Assembly: GCA_052387475.1 (NCBI GenBank)
Contig: JBQTJD010000625.1
Location: 1 to 32,077, forward strand
Source of the DNA: Anaerolineales bacterium
GTDB taxonomy: Bacteria > Chloroflexota > Anaerolineae > Anaerolineales > UBA6663
Direction: 5' to 3'
DNA length: 32,077 nucleotides
Shown here: positions 6,248-16,253 of the stretch, piece after piece
Numbering within the stretch: position 1 is the first letter of the stretch
Layout of the letters: every line of letters starts with the position of its first letter
Translations under genes and position numbers: made by a program
The notes under the pieces: model-generated
Seen by the model: the letters and a program-made list of their open reading frames with translations, nothing else
The model's database searches: none
What the model was told of the DNA's origin: nothing

Positions 6248-8836
6248 TCACGGCCGCGAAATTATCGGCAGGTAAAGCGAAAAAACGGGCAGATTCAACG
6301 CGCAGTACCCGCGGCCCAGCCGCCCGGCAACATGGTGTTGTTGTACCTCAGTGCTGGCTAACGCTCGATTATAAATCGCCACCTCATCCAGCGCCCCATC
6401 ATATGCGTAACGGATAAAGCGGTTGAACCAGCCGAGGTTGACGGCGGCCACTGCCGAGTCAAAACCGGCGGCGTAAGTGGCGGTCGTGAAAGCTTCCTCC
6501 CGGCCATCCACAAACAACCGGTTGCGACTCTGAGCGGCATCACGCACCGCCACAATGTGATGCCAGCCTCCATCGGTGAGGAGTGTACTCCCGATCATCC
6601 CACCGCCGGCGCCCGTTTTGTCCTTCAACACGAAGGCAGCGGTGCGCGTGGCGCAATCGATGCCGACCCACCATTGCAACAAGGTGCTGCCGTCCGTGCG
6701 ACCCACAATCACTTCGTTATTGTCATTGCAGGCGTTGACGCTATCGGCCCGCATCCAGAACTCCACCGAGAAGCTGCTATTCGCCGACCAGTTGAAATCA
6801 GCGGCAGCGGCAGCGGGGATGTCTATCCCGGTGGTGTCACCATTGAAGTCTTGTGCTGCGCCCACCAATCCGGGGCTGGGCGCAGGACATTGCCCGGAGC
6901 AGACCCCGTCATGCAGGCGGTACTGATCGGCATAGGTCGGGCCGGCCGTCGCCTCATCCAGTTTCAGATACGCCAGTATCCCGGCTGGGCAACTACTCAC
7001 ATTGGCGACTTTCACCTGGGCATTATCAGAATCGTTCAGCGTGCCGCCGGTGTAGGCGCAGGTCACGGAGGCCGTGTTGGTAAAGTCGGCAGTGACCACT
7101 GGCGACGTACACGCGTAGACTTGACTCTGCCCAACCGCCAGAACCGAGAAGGAATTGTTGCAATTGGGTGCTAAAGGATCAGAGATCACGAGGTTGGTGA
7201 GCGCCACATCACCCGTATTCGTGACGGCAATTGTGAACGAAGCCGTTGTGCCGCTGACGACGATCTGCGTATCGGGCGTCTTCTCTAAAGTAATCGCCGG
7301 GCCGATCACGTCCACCGCAGCCGTGTCGGTGGCCGATACGGTGGTGTTGAGCGGCGTGGAGCCAATGACAATGGCTGAATTGACGAAGTCGGCGGTCACA
7401 TTCGTCCGCGAACAAGCATAGCTCTGGCTTTGGCCGGCGTTGAGTGTGGCGAAGTTGCGGTTGCAGTTCGGCGCTAACGCGTCCGTCACGCCGACGTTGG
7501 CCAAGGCCACATCGCCGGTGTTGGTGATGGCGATGGTGAAGTTGGCCGTGCCGTTGGCCAGGATGGCCTGCGCGTCCGGCGATTTGGCAATAGCGACAGC
7601 CGGATTGATCACGTCCACGATTGCCGTATCGGAGTCAGTGACCAGGGTGCTCGTCACCGTATACACACCGCTCGTCTGCGCCGTGTTGGTGAAATCGCCG
7701 GTGACGTTGGGCCGAGTACAGGTATACGTTTGCGATTGTCCGGAGGTCAACGTGCCAATGTTGCGGTTACAGTTGGGAGCAAGCGTGTCGGTGATGAGGA
7801 CGGAGGACAACGTGACGTTGCCGGTATTGGTGAGGGCAACGGTGAACGTGACGGTCGCGCCGCTGAGAATCAGTTGTGTGTCCGGCGTCTTCGCGATGTC
7901 AATGGCTGGGCTGGCCGACCCAGAAGGGGCATAGCCAAAGTTGGTAGTCACAGTGGTAGCGGTGGGCACGTTCACCAGCCGAGGTTCGGGCGGCGTGGTA
8001 AGCGTCCGGCTCGCCGGGGCGGTCACATCCACCCAATAGCTGAAGCCCTCTTGAATGGCGCCACTGGCATACAGGCCGCTGGCGTTGGTAGTCGCGGCGC
8101 CGACTTGCACATCCTGCCCGCCGCCTTCAAACACACTGTCGCCGTCGTCGCGGAAGAACGTCACCGCCACAGTGTTGAGGCCGGCCTCCGCCCCGTTCTG
8201 TACGCCGTTGGCGTCATCGTCGGAAAAGACCGTTCCGGAGAGGCGCGCTGAGTAATACACTCGCACAGCCGCCCAATCGAGAAACCAATCGCGCTGTGTG
8301 ACGGTGGCCCCTTCACCATAGGATGTTACCCGAATGGCGAAACTACCATTGGCGAACTCGGCCGGCGACCACGTGCGCCCCCATAAGTCGGTGGAGCTGC
8401 CCAGAGTATAAGTCGCTTCGCTCGTCGTGAGGAAGGGTGTGGTGCGATAGACGGTCCAGGTCACGCCGTTGTCGAATGACAACTCCGCATCAAACACAGG
8501 ATTATCAGTAACGGAGTCCACCCAACCATCCAGGCGAACCTCGATGCCCGTTACCACCGCGCCGGCAGGGATGTTTAACCCATAGTTGAAGTACTCATGC
8601 CGGTCAAAATAACCGTTGATGTTGGAGGCGAAGCCGCCGCCATCGGCGTGGGCGTTCGCCGGTGAGCCTTCGAAGCCATTGCCGGCCCCGGCTGCGTTGG
8701 CCGTCGGGCTAACGAAGCCGGTATTGGCGGCCAGCGCGACGGGCACCTGCGCCGCGCCGGGGACAAAGGTCAAGATCAGTGACAGAGCGACGAAGATAGA
8801 AATCACACGGCGGATGATACGTTTTAGGACGAGCAT
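6248..8836 (-). CDS. Secreted multidomain surface protein: signal peptide, unknown beta-domain, SdrD B-like, three DUF11-like repeats, LamG-like jelly roll, C-terminal YLPII
   Basis: ATG 8836 with GGAGG RBS. LSGTVFSDDDANGVQNGAEAGL (SdrD_B); three K..FT..TNTG.V.L..D..APNC..FxNxA repeats; FSVEFW...DGGWHHIVAV...LFVDG...GALDEVAIYNRAL (LamG). Confidence 0.85.
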   Translation of the reverse strand: MLVLKRIIRRVISIFVALSLILTFVPGAAQVPVALAANTGFVSPTANAAGAGNGFEGSPANAHADGGGFASNINGYFDRHEYFNYGLNIPAGAVVTGIEVRLDGWVDSVTDNPVFDAELSFDNGVTWTVYRTTPFLTTSEATYTLGSSTDLWGRTWSPAEFANGSFAIRVTSYGEGATVTQRDWFLDWAAVRVYYSARLSGTVFSDDDANGVQNGAEAGLNTVAVTFFRDDGDSVFEGGGQDVQVGAATTNASGLYASGAIQEGFSYWVDVTAPASRTLTTPPEPRLVNVPTATTVTTNFGYAPSGSASPAIDIAKTPDTQLILSGATVTFTVALTNTGNVTLSSVLITDTLAPNCNRNIGTLTSGQSQTYTCTRPNVTGDFTNTAQTSGVYTVTSTLVTDSDTAIVDVINPAVAIAKSPDAQAILANGTANFTIAITNTGDVALANVGVTDALAPNCNRNFATLNAGQSQSYACSRTNVTADFVNSAIVIGSTPLNTTVSATDTAAVDVIGPAITLEKTPDTQIVVSGTTASFTIAVTNTGDVALTNLVISDPLAPNCNNSFSVLAVGQSQVYACTSPVVTADFTNTASVTCAYTGGTLNDSDNAQVKVANVSSCPAGILAYLKLDEATAGPTYADQYRLHDGVCSGQCPAPSPGLVGAAQDFNGDTTGIDIPAAAAADFNWSANSSFSVEFWMRADSVNACNDNNEVIVGRTDGSTLLQWWVGIDCATRTAAFVLKDKTGAGGGMIGSTLLTDGGWHHIVAVRDAAQSRNRLFVDGREEAFTTATYAAGFDSAVAAVNLGWFNRFIRYAYDGALDEVAIYNRALASTEVQQHHVAGRLGRGYCALNLPVFSLYLPIISRP

Positions 8837-8850
8837 GTCGTTTCCTCCCA

Positions 8851-10167
8851 CTACCAACAAATGCCTTCGTACTGCGCCGGGGTGTTTTCGGCTGATTTCA
8901 GGCTTCGCACCAGATCAATCACAATTTGATCCGGACGCGCCCGGCTGACGGCCTCACGAAACTCCGGCGCGCCGTTGCCGATGATGATGACTTCGGAGTC
9001 TTGTAGCACTTCTTCGATAGCGCCGCGCATGAGACTGGCGATGTGCGGGATCTCCCGTTCGATATACGCGCGATTGGCGCCGTGGAGGCGCGCCAATGAG
9101 ACGTTGCGGTCATAGAGCGAGACCTGATAGCCCTTGCCCAGCAACATTTCAATTAATTCAACCAGCGGGCTTTCGCGCAAATCATCGGTGCCGGCCTTGA
9201 AACTAAAGCCCAGCACGCCGATCTTCTTCAATCCAGTCTGTCGCACCAACTCAAAGCCCTGTTTGATCTGCAGATCGTTGCTGGGCAGCACCGCCTCCAG
9301 CACGGGTACATTCAGATCCAAATGTTGCGCGTGATAGAGCAATGCGCGCAAGTCCTTCGGCAAACAAGAGCCGCCAAACGCAAAGCCCGGCCTGAGATAA
9401 TAGGCTGACAGATTGAGCTTCTCATCCATGCAAAATAAGTCCATCACTTGATGACTGTCAATCGCGGAACGTTTGCAGATGTTGCCAATCTCGTTCGCAA
9501 ATGTCACTTTCAGGGCGTGGAAGGCATTGCTCGCATACTTCACCATCTCAGCCACGCGCAAGGGCACAATCCGCACCGGCGCTTCAATTTGCTCGTACAA
9601 GCGGGCGGCCAGTTCACCACCGCGCGCCTCAGCCTGGCCAATGACGCTAAAGGGAGGATGACGAAAATCGTGAACCGCTGTGCCCTCGCGCAAAAACTCC
9701 GGATTGAACGCCACGCCAAAATCCACGCCGGCTTTTCGGCCCGAGGCGGTTTCCAAAATGGGGATGAGTCGATCCTCCGTGGTGCCCGGCAGTACCGTGC
9801 TGCGGATGACGACGACGTGATAGCCGTTTTTGTACACCAGTGCTTTGCCGATGTCGTGACACACACGCTCCACATATTTCAGGTCTAGGTTCCCGTTGCC
9901 ATTGCTCGGCGTCCCCACACACACCAGCGACAGATCGGAACCGGCCACCGCGTCTTTGGCATGGGAGGTGGCCTTGAGCCGGCCCAACCCGGCCATCTCC
10001 TCGATGAGGGCGTCCAGGCCCGGCTCGATGACGGGGCTTTGGCCCGCATTAATCAGGTCAACCTTCATCGAACTTACGTCCACCCCCGTGACGTGGTGGC
10101 CGAGCGCGGCCAAGCACCCAGCGGAGACCGAGCCGACGTAACCCAGACCGAAGATACTGATGTTCAC
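8851..10167 (-). CDS. algD: GDP-mannose 6-dehydrogenase (AlgD-like; UDP-glucose/GDP-mannose dehydrogenase family)
   Basis: ISIFGLGYVG, CVGTPS, IRSTVLPGT, FNPEFLREG, FGGSCLPKD, FKAGTDDLRESP and the AlgD-type terminus EGICW. Confidence 0.88.
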   Translation of the reverse strand: MNISIFGLGYVGSVSAGCLAALGHHVTGVDVSSMKVDLINAGQSPVIEPGLDALIEEMAGLGRLKATSHAKDAVAGSDLSLVCVGTPSNGNGNLDLKYVERVCHDIGKALVYKNGYHVVVIRSTVLPGTTEDRLIPILETASGRKAGVDFGVAFNPEFLREGTAVHDFRHPPFSVIGQAEARGGELAARLYEQIEAPVRIVPLRVAEMVKYASNAFHALKVTFANEIGNICKRSAIDSHQVMDLFCMDEKLNLSAYYLRPGFAFGGSCLPKDLRALLYHAQHLDLNVPVLEAVLPSNDLQIKQGFELVRQTGLKKIGVLGFSFKAGTDDLRESPLVELIEMLLGKGYQVSLYDRNVSLARLHGANRAYIEREIPHIASLMRGAIEEVLQDSEVIIIGNGAPEFREAVSRARPDQIVIDLVRSLKSAENTPAQYEGICW

Positions 10168-10189
10168 AAATCGTCTCCCTACAACTGGC

Positions 10190-11212
10190 TCACAAGAAGC
10201 GACGCAACAGTTGATAGCTCCACTCGCTGGCGCGTAAACGAAATCGCGACGGAATATGAACGTTGCGCCCGAGTTCGACTAACTCGCCGCCAAACTTGGC
10301 CTTGAACTTGCGCGGGCCATACGCCTCCTCCGGTCGCCCGGCGCCCCCAAAATCAAAGATGGCGTAACCGCTCTCACGCGCCCAGCGGATTGCGTGCCAG
10401 AGCAGAGTCTCCATCGGTGCATAGGCTGCAAACTCGCGATTGAGGCCGCCGTACCAGTAGATCACCCGATCACGCCACGCGAGGAACAGCGCCCCGCAGA
10501 TGGCCGCGCCGGCTGCCCGCGCCACAAACACCTTCAACATGCCGCGCGGCACTAACACATCCCAGGCTGACTCGAACAGCGCGGCTGAGGCCAACGGCAC
10601 CTGCGCCCGCGCGTACACCAACTGGAGAAGACGATAAACCTCCGGCAGTTGCACCCGGTCATTCAGCGTTTCCACCGCGACGCCTTTGTTGCGCGCTGTG
10701 CGGATGCTCTGTTGTCCGCTCTTGGTGACGTTACGCCACAGATTTTCTTCCGTCTGGCTCAAATCGAGCAGGAAATTCAGATGATTTTCGTAAACAAAGT
10801 TGCCGCTTTGCAGCGTCGGCTGGGCGTAAGCTAAGTTTGACACATTCCGCAGTTCCGTAAATAGCACTCCTCTACCAGCGCGGTGGGCATAATGCTCGAG
10901 CAGGCTATTCAGCGCGGCTTGTCCATCCGGGCCGGGCTGACTGAGTACGCTGCCATAACTGACCGCGCGGGTAGTCAGTGGACGGAATAAACCATTGATT
11001 AACGTGAGGTTAACAGGCAGCAACAGGGCTAACGGGCGTTCGTGCTCGATGGCCGCCCACACTGTGGGTTTATGACTTTTGACGCCGCTGAAGACCGTGA
11101 ACAGTTCTGGCGTGTGATAGATGTTGCTGTCCGGGTGATTTTCAATGAACGCCCGCCAGTGCGTCTCAGGCAGAGTATTGACGATGGAGACACTCATACT
11201 TGAGCCGCTCAC
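10190..11212 (-). CDS. FemAB-like GNAT family acyl/aminoacyl transferase
   Basis: LDLSQTEENLW...IRTARNKGV; LLWHAIRWARESGYAIFDFGGAG; KFKAKFGG. Confidence 0.85.
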   Translation of the reverse strand: MSGSSMSVSIVNTLPETHWRAFIENHPDSNIYHTPELFTVFSGVKSHKPTVWAAIEHERPLALLLPVNLTLINGLFRPLTTRAVSYGSVLSQPGPDGQAALNSLLEHYAHRAGRGVLFTELRNVSNLAYAQPTLQSGNFVYENHLNFLLDLSQTEENLWRNVTKSGQQSIRTARNKGVAVETLNDRVQLPEVYRLLQLVYARAQVPLASAALFESAWDVLVPRGMLKVFVARAAGAAICGALFLAWRDRVIYWYGGLNREFAAYAPMETLLWHAIRWARESGYAIFDFGGAGRPEEAYGPRKFKAKFGGELVELGRNVHIPSRFRLRASEWSYQLLRRFL

Positions 11213-11772
11213 TCGACGAAACCTTCGTTTTCAGTCAGGAGCCGGTTCATCTCGGCCTGCATGGCGGGGGTGATGTTTTGGGCCACGGTATAGCGCGCGT
11301 CGAAGCGCGGCAACTGCGCGAACTGCTCGCGGCTGCGACGTAGATAAGCCTCCAGCGTGGTGATGACGCGGGCCGGGTTGCCGGCGGCGACGACATTGGC
11401 CGGGACATCATGAGTGACCACGCTGCCCGCGCCGATGATGCTGTTATCGCCGATGGTGACGTTGGGTAACACAATGACGCCGGCGCCCAAAAACACGCGC
11501 TGGCCGATATGGACTTTGCCGATGCGGGTATAGCCCAGATGGCGCTTTGTGCTGGCGTCGTGAGCGAGGATATGCACATTAGGCGCAATCGTGACCTCGT
11601 CGCCGATAACGATATGCCAGCAATGAGCCGGGTCCAGGCTGACTCCTTGCCCGATGTGACAGTCGCGCCCGACGGTCAAACCGCGCTTGACCAGCGCGTC
11701 GAGACTCAATTCGCCGGTCACAGTTAGCTCGCCGCTGAGCCGCATCCACAAACGTTGTAAGCGCTCCCACAT
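11209..11772 (-). CDS. Hexapeptide-repeat (left-handed beta-helix) O-acyltransferase
   Basis: IGDEVTIAPNVHILAHD, IGQRVFLGAGVIVLPNVTIGDNSIIGAGSVVTHDVP..VVAAGNPAR. ATG 11772 directly follows the upstream stop. Confidence 0.9.
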   Translation of the reverse strand: MWERLQRLWMRLSGELTVTGELSLDALVKRGLTVGRDCHIGQGVSLDPAHCWHIVIGDEVTIAPNVHILAHDASTKRHLGYTRIGKVHIGQRVFLGAGVIVLPNVTIGDNSIIGAGSVVTHDVPANVVAAGNPARVITTLEAYLRRSREQFAQLPRFDARYTVAQNITPAMQAEMNRLLTENEGFVE

Positions 11773-11773
11773 A

Positions 11774-13057
11774 TTATTGCTCCACAAAACGCAGGCCATA
11801 ATCCCACAACGTCAGTGCGTCAATGTCGCCCGTAACAGAGAGGGCGCTGCGCGCGCCATTCGGCCAGCGGCCCAACCTGACCAATGCGTCAGTGCTGCTC
11901 TCAATCTGATCCAACAGCTGACGTTGGTCTTCGGCCGCAAACGTGGGTTGATCAACATACACGCTACATTCCCCAGGCACTGCGTTCGTGTCCACGATAT
12001 AACCTTGCTGCCGCAGGAAGGGCGCGACACCTACTGCGCTATGAGGTGAAAGACCGATGATTGGGCGTGCCGGCGTATTGATGACGAAGGAGGCGGCCGT
12101 GACCCGTCGGTAACCATCGGCCCACGGGAGTGTGTCAACGTTCACGGTTCCGCCCCGGACAAGGACGGTGACCGCACGGGAGCCAGTGACTGCGACGTAG
12201 TAGCCTCCCGGCCCAACTTCGGTCAGCTCCACCTTCGTTTGCAATCGCTCGCGCCACCACTCGGCCACTGCATCCAGGCGCGCCATCCACACATCCCTAA
12301 GCGTGTGTGCCTCGGCCAGCACCGCCCGCAATGGTTCATAGCATAGGCTGGTGCGTTCAGGGTGCAGGCCGAGCGTAAACAATTCGCCGTGCCTATGTGA
12401 TTGGCGCAAAATGCTCACCCACAGCGCGCTCATCTCTTCCACTGTGGTCAGTCCCAACCGCTCGATCAACGACTCATCGTCCGGCATACTATACGGGATA
12501 CGAACGACATCCGCCTCCAAACTCGGCACGACGGGGTAGCGGGCAGCGGGTTGAGCGCCAAAGAACTCCAACACGCGCGCATAGACAGGTGTCGCAGGCT
12601 CGGTCAACACCTCCCACGCGTAGGCCGGGCTGGCGTCGTAGCGCAGGCCGAGTTCGCGTAACACCGTCAGGGTTTCCCTATTCCGGCGGAGATATGGAGC
12701 GCGAAAGCCGTGCAGGGTGATGCCGGCTTTGGCGAAGATGCGCTGGGCCGTGGCGAGGTGGCGACGCTGCTCCACCACCGGCAACGCTGAATAATCCACA
12801 TGCCGGTAGCCATGGATGGCAAACTCAATCCCTTGCGCCTGATATCGCTGAATCAGGCGCGGGTTGCGGCGCAATACGACCGATGTGATCGGTAAAGTGG
12901 CCGGGCAATTGTAGTGTTGGATGAGTTGTGTGAGCCGCCTCAGTTCCACATCGAGCCGGGCGGTCGTCAGGCCATAACGACTAGCGATACTGGCGCCACG
13001 CCGCACGACGTTGAAGACACCTTTACCCTTGAGAGCAATCGCTAGTGGATTCGGCAT
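11774..13057 (-). CDS. Polysaccharide deacetylase (CE4/NodB-like) with atypical motif order
   Basis: EFAIHGYRH, GFRAPY, YDAS and LGLHPE motifs. The motif-1-like segment WPNGARSALSVTGDID is at the C-terminus. Confidence 0.8.
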   Translation of the reverse strand: MPNPLAIALKGKGVFNVVRRGASIASRYGLTTARLDVELRRLTQLIQHYNCPATLPITSVVLRRNPRLIQRYQAQGIEFAIHGYRHVDYSALPVVEQRRHLATAQRIFAKAGITLHGFRAPYLRRNRETLTVLRELGLRYDASPAYAWEVLTEPATPVYARVLEFFGAQPAARYPVVPSLEADVVRIPYSMPDDESLIERLGLTTVEEMSALWVSILRQSHRHGELFTLGLHPERTSLCYEPLRAVLAEAHTLRDVWMARLDAVAEWWRERLQTKVELTEVGPGGYYVAVTGSRAVTVLVRGGTVNVDTLPWADGYRRVTAASFVINTPARPIIGLSPHSAVGVAPFLRQQGYIVDTNAVPGECSVYVDQPTFAAEDQRQLLDQIESSTDALVRLGRWPNGARSALSVTGDIDALTLWDYGLRFVEQ

Positions 13058-13075
13058 GCTTCCCACCCTCAACCC

Positions 13076-14245
13076 TCAGCCCTGCCAGCGTCGATACACC
13101 GAAAGATAGATTTCGCGTTGAAGCTCCCCCCGGTATTGGCCATACAGTTTCTGCGAATGTTCGACCCGTGAGCGCCGCCGCTCGGGGCACTGCATCAATT
13201 CTGAGATGGCGCGGGCCAGGTCCTTCGAGTTGTCGGGCTCGAAGTAGCTCAGGCTTGCATCATCAAAATACGTCTGAACCGCATCCAGCCGTGAGGCGAG
13301 CACCGGCTTACCCAGGGCGAGGAAATCGTACATCTTGCCGGTGTGCACCAGATGCGAATACGGCGATGCTTTTTGCGCCACCACTCCGACATCGGCGTGG
13401 CGTAATTGATGTACAAGTTCAGCCCAGGGCAAGTAGCCGAGAGAGTGAACGCGCGCCTCCAACCCCGCTTGCCGCACCAGCGCTTCGAACTCATCACGAT
13501 AACCGCCATCGCCGGTGATGATAAGGCGCAGACCGGGCCACTGATCACGCAGCAACCCCATCGCCTGGACCATCGTGTCATGGCCATAGCGTTCCTCGAT
13601 GGCGCCATGACAGATCAGAGTCAATTCACCGGGGCGTGGCTGTGCACCGTTTGTAGTCAGCTCCGGCCCAAACGAGGCCGGGTCGGGGACGTTGAGCACC
13701 ACGGTGATCTTGCCCGGCGCAGCGCCGTGCGCGACCAGGTTATCTTTCAAGGCCTGCGTCACCGTGATGACAGCATGAGCATACACCACGCTCCATCGGG
13801 CGATGTGGCGCAAAATTGCGCTCGGGAGCGGTGAACGGAATTTGGTCGCCCACAGCTCCGGCATTGGTTCGTACATCATCAACGTAACCTTCGCGCCGAG
13901 CAAACGCGGGATAAGCGTCGCAAACACCAAAAAATCCGGCATGGTGTTGACTTGAATGGCGGTGAAAGGATGGTGGAGATGGTCGCGGGTGAGATGCCAT
14001 GCGGCCAGACAAAAGAAGGCCAGGTACTCCAGCAAATTTCGAAGCGCGCCGCGCTTCTGGCGCTGGAGCGGAAGCCGCCGTACCTCGACCCCCTCAATCA
14101 CTTCCTGCGGGCGCTCACCGGCCCGGCGCAAGCCGAACACGGTTACTGCGAAGCCACCATCGCGCAATGCCTCAGCCTCACGGCGAACGAGCATATCGTC
14201 GGGGTAATACAACAGCCGCACGATCGCGGCGCGGTGTTTCGTCAT
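13076..14245 (-). CDS. Glycosyltransferase family 4
   Basis: YYPDDMLVRREAEAL, NTMPDFLVF, HGAIEERYG, GKMYDFLALGKPVLAS. Confidence 0.9.
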   Translation of the reverse strand: MTKHRAAIVRLLYYPDDMLVRREAEALRDGGFAVTVFGLRRAGERPQEVIEGVEVRRLPLQRQKRGALRNLLEYLAFFCLAAWHLTRDHLHHPFTAIQVNTMPDFLVFATLIPRLLGAKVTLMMYEPMPELWATKFRSPLPSAILRHIARWSVVYAHAVITVTQALKDNLVAHGAAPGKITVVLNVPDPASFGPELTTNGAQPRPGELTLICHGAIEERYGHDTMVQAMGLLRDQWPGLRLIITGDGGYRDEFEALVRQAGLEARVHSLGYLPWAELVHQLRHADVGVVAQKASPYSHLVHTGKMYDFLALGKPVLASRLDAVQTYFDDASLSYFEPDNSKDLARAISELMQCPERRRSRVEHSQKLYGQYRGELQREIYLSVYRRWQG

Positions 14246-14254
14246 CCCTTTCCC

Positions 14255-15286
14255 TCAATCGTTTTGTTTCAACAACGTGTTCAACATCGCAACGGCCGCC
14301 GCCCACTGTTGGCGGCGTTCAGTTTGCAAGCCGGCAATTTCGCGGGCGTATCGTGAATGATCGGCCTGCATCTGCCGCACGCCAGCGACGATACCGGCAA
14401 CGGTGTTATCTACATGCACCGTCCCTTGATGAAACGTCTCGCGTAGAAACGGCCAATCGGAGGTGATTACGGGCCGATCGACCCACACCGCCTCACACGC
14501 GCCGCGTTGATTGGTGTGATCCTCGGTCGTCAACGCCATCACCGCCTGAGCCGAGCGCAACAGGCCGTAGTATTGCGCGTCCGGCAGAAAGCCCGTGAGC
14601 GTGAGATTCGATGGCAGGTCTTTGGGCAGGCGTTTGAAGCCCTGCACCGGGTCGCCGGTCACATAGAAGCCCACCTCCGGCAAACGGCGGGCCGCTTCGA
14701 CCACCGCGTGTAGCGGTTCATCGGGCGAGAACGAACTGACCATGACCACGTTGAAGTCGTGCGCGAATGGATACCGTTCACCGACGGGCAAATCGCTGGG
14801 GACGTCAGTGAGCACGTCACTCCGCGCCCCCCACTGCTGTACGAGTGATCGCAGATGCGTGTTGGTGACTAGAGTAGTCAACGCTCGGCGAGAGAGAAAG
14901 GCGTGCAAGCCCCACGACCATTGCCAGAGCGGCCCCTGCACCGCATCGGTGTGTGAATCAATAATCAGTTGACTGCCCGTGAGCGCACAGTATAGCCACA
15001 CGAACAGTGGCGCAAAGATCGGTGGATTCTGCACCAACACCACTCGCGGGCGCTCTCGGAACAGCGTCCACAAGGTAAGCACGGCCTGCACAGCGTAACG
15101 CACGGGCGCGAGGTAGGGCTTCATCTTGAGCACATGGATCCGGCGCAACGGTAGCCCGAGCTTACGCGCCATCAATTCGCTACGACGCGAATGGCTGGGC
15201 TTGGCCCAGGCCAGGAACATTGCGGAGCCAACGTTCAGGCTCGTCACGGAGTCGTGTGTGTCGGGGGATAAGACGAGGTCGGTCAT
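14255..15286 (-). CDS. Glycosyltransferase family 4-like
   Basis: RPRVVLVQNPP, IIDSH, SFSPDEP, LTGFLPD, GACEAVWVDRPVITSD. Confidence 0.85.
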   Translation of the reverse strand: MTDLVLSPDTHDSVTSLNVGSAMFLAWAKPSHSRRSELMARKLGLPLRRIHVLKMKPYLAPVRYAVQAVLTLWTLFRERPRVVLVQNPPIFAPLFVWLYCALTGSQLIIDSHTDAVQGPLWQWSWGLHAFLSRRALTTLVTNTHLRSLVQQWGARSDVLTDVPSDLPVGERYPFAHDFNVVMVSSFSPDEPLHAVVEAARRLPEVGFYVTGDPVQGFKRLPKDLPSNLTLTGFLPDAQYYGLLRSAQAVMALTTEDHTNQRGACEAVWVDRPVITSDWPFLRETFHQGTVHVDNTVAGIVAGVRQMQADHSRYAREIAGLQTERRQQWAAAVAMLNTLLKQND

Positions 15287-15287
15287 T

Positions 15288-16109
15288 TCAACTCTGGCGG
15301 CAATACAGCATCATGCCGGCCAGCGCCGCCGGGAGGTTGGCGAGTGTCACCGCCTCGCCGCGGGTGATCTCGCTGAATCTGTAGCCGAAACCACCCAGGT
15401 ACTCCACGATCCGCCGGGCATTCTCCAGCAGCGCGGCGTCGGTCGCGCCGTGCAGTTCCACCAGCAACGCCGGCCGTACACGCTCCAGCGTCGCTCGCAT
15501 GCCCAGCAGCACCGGGTACTCGTATTCTTCAACGTCAATCTTCACGAAGGTCGGTTCCGGCAACGACTGCTCGCCGATGACTTCGTCCAGCGGGTAGATG
15601 AGGACCCGCGCCGTTTTGATCGCCATCCCCTTGTGTGATTTGATGAGGTAGGTTTGCCGGGCGCGATCAAGCGTGCCTAACCCACCGTCGTAATCGCCAT
15701 AAAGAAGTTCAAGAGTCTGGCGTTCCGCGCCAAGGCCGGCGTTAATCGGGCGCACATTCGTCAGGCCATTCAGAGCGACGTTCTTGCACAGTGTTTTGAA
15801 ACTTTCGGGGTTAGGCTCGAACGTCACGACGCGGCCCGCCGGCCCGACGGCGCGTGAAAAGTAAAGCATGAAGAGACCAATGTGGGCGCCAACGTCGTAA
15901 ACGGTCTGCCCGGTGAGGTCGAGGTGGGCAACAAACTGGTTTTCGAATTCAAAACTTGGCCGGGTGAGAAAGCCCAAATCACCCGTGACCTTGAAGCCTT
16001 GTGCCAGGCCATGCTTCGCCACATACACATGACTCTTAAGGAGCGATTTGGCCAATCGCTTGATCGGATAGTAGGTTTCACGTTGAATTGTTTTGACGAG
16101 CTTGTTCAT
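15288..16109 (-). CDS. FkbM family methyltransferase
   Basis: VYDVGAHIG, VVTFEPNP, FVKIDVEEYE.PVLLGM, LLVELH. ATG 16109 preferred; alternatives up to 16130. Confidence 0.9.
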   Translation of the reverse strand: MNKLVKTIQRETYYPIKRLAKSLLKSHVYVAKHGLAQGFKVTGDLGFLTRPSFEFENQFVAHLDLTGQTVYDVGAHIGLFMLYFSRAVGPAGRVVTFEPNPESFKTLCKNVALNGLTNVRPINAGLGAERQTLELLYGDYDGGLGTLDRARQTYLIKSHKGMAIKTARVLIYPLDEVIGEQSLPEPTFVKIDVEEYEYPVLLGMRATLERVRPALLVELHGATDAALLENARRIVEYLGGFGYRFSEITRGEAVTLANLPAALAGMMLYCRQS

Positions 16110-16215
16110 TGCATCATCCAACCCCATCACATCGGCCCACGGAAAGCAGATCCATTCTAAAGAATTCGTGGCGAGATTCCGGGATACAGGACTAAATGCC
16201 TACCCTGACACAAAG

Positions 16216-16253
16216 CAAGACCCTCGCCGAGCGAATGCTCAATGAGGGTCTTG
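16216..16253 (-). terminator. Intrinsic terminator downstream of the 330-aa gene
   Basis: Minus strand: caagaccctc-att-gagc-attc-gctc-ggc-gagggtcttg, then ctttgtgt. Two G-U pairs form only in the minus-strand RNA. Confidence 0.65.

Noticed and set aside
8851-10167. Calling the locus an alginate operon because of the AlgD-like gene and a lyase
   Set aside because: No Alg8/Alg44/AlgK/AlgE/AlgG homologues are seen, and Wzy/Wzz plus several GT4s indicate a repeat-unit heteropolymer.
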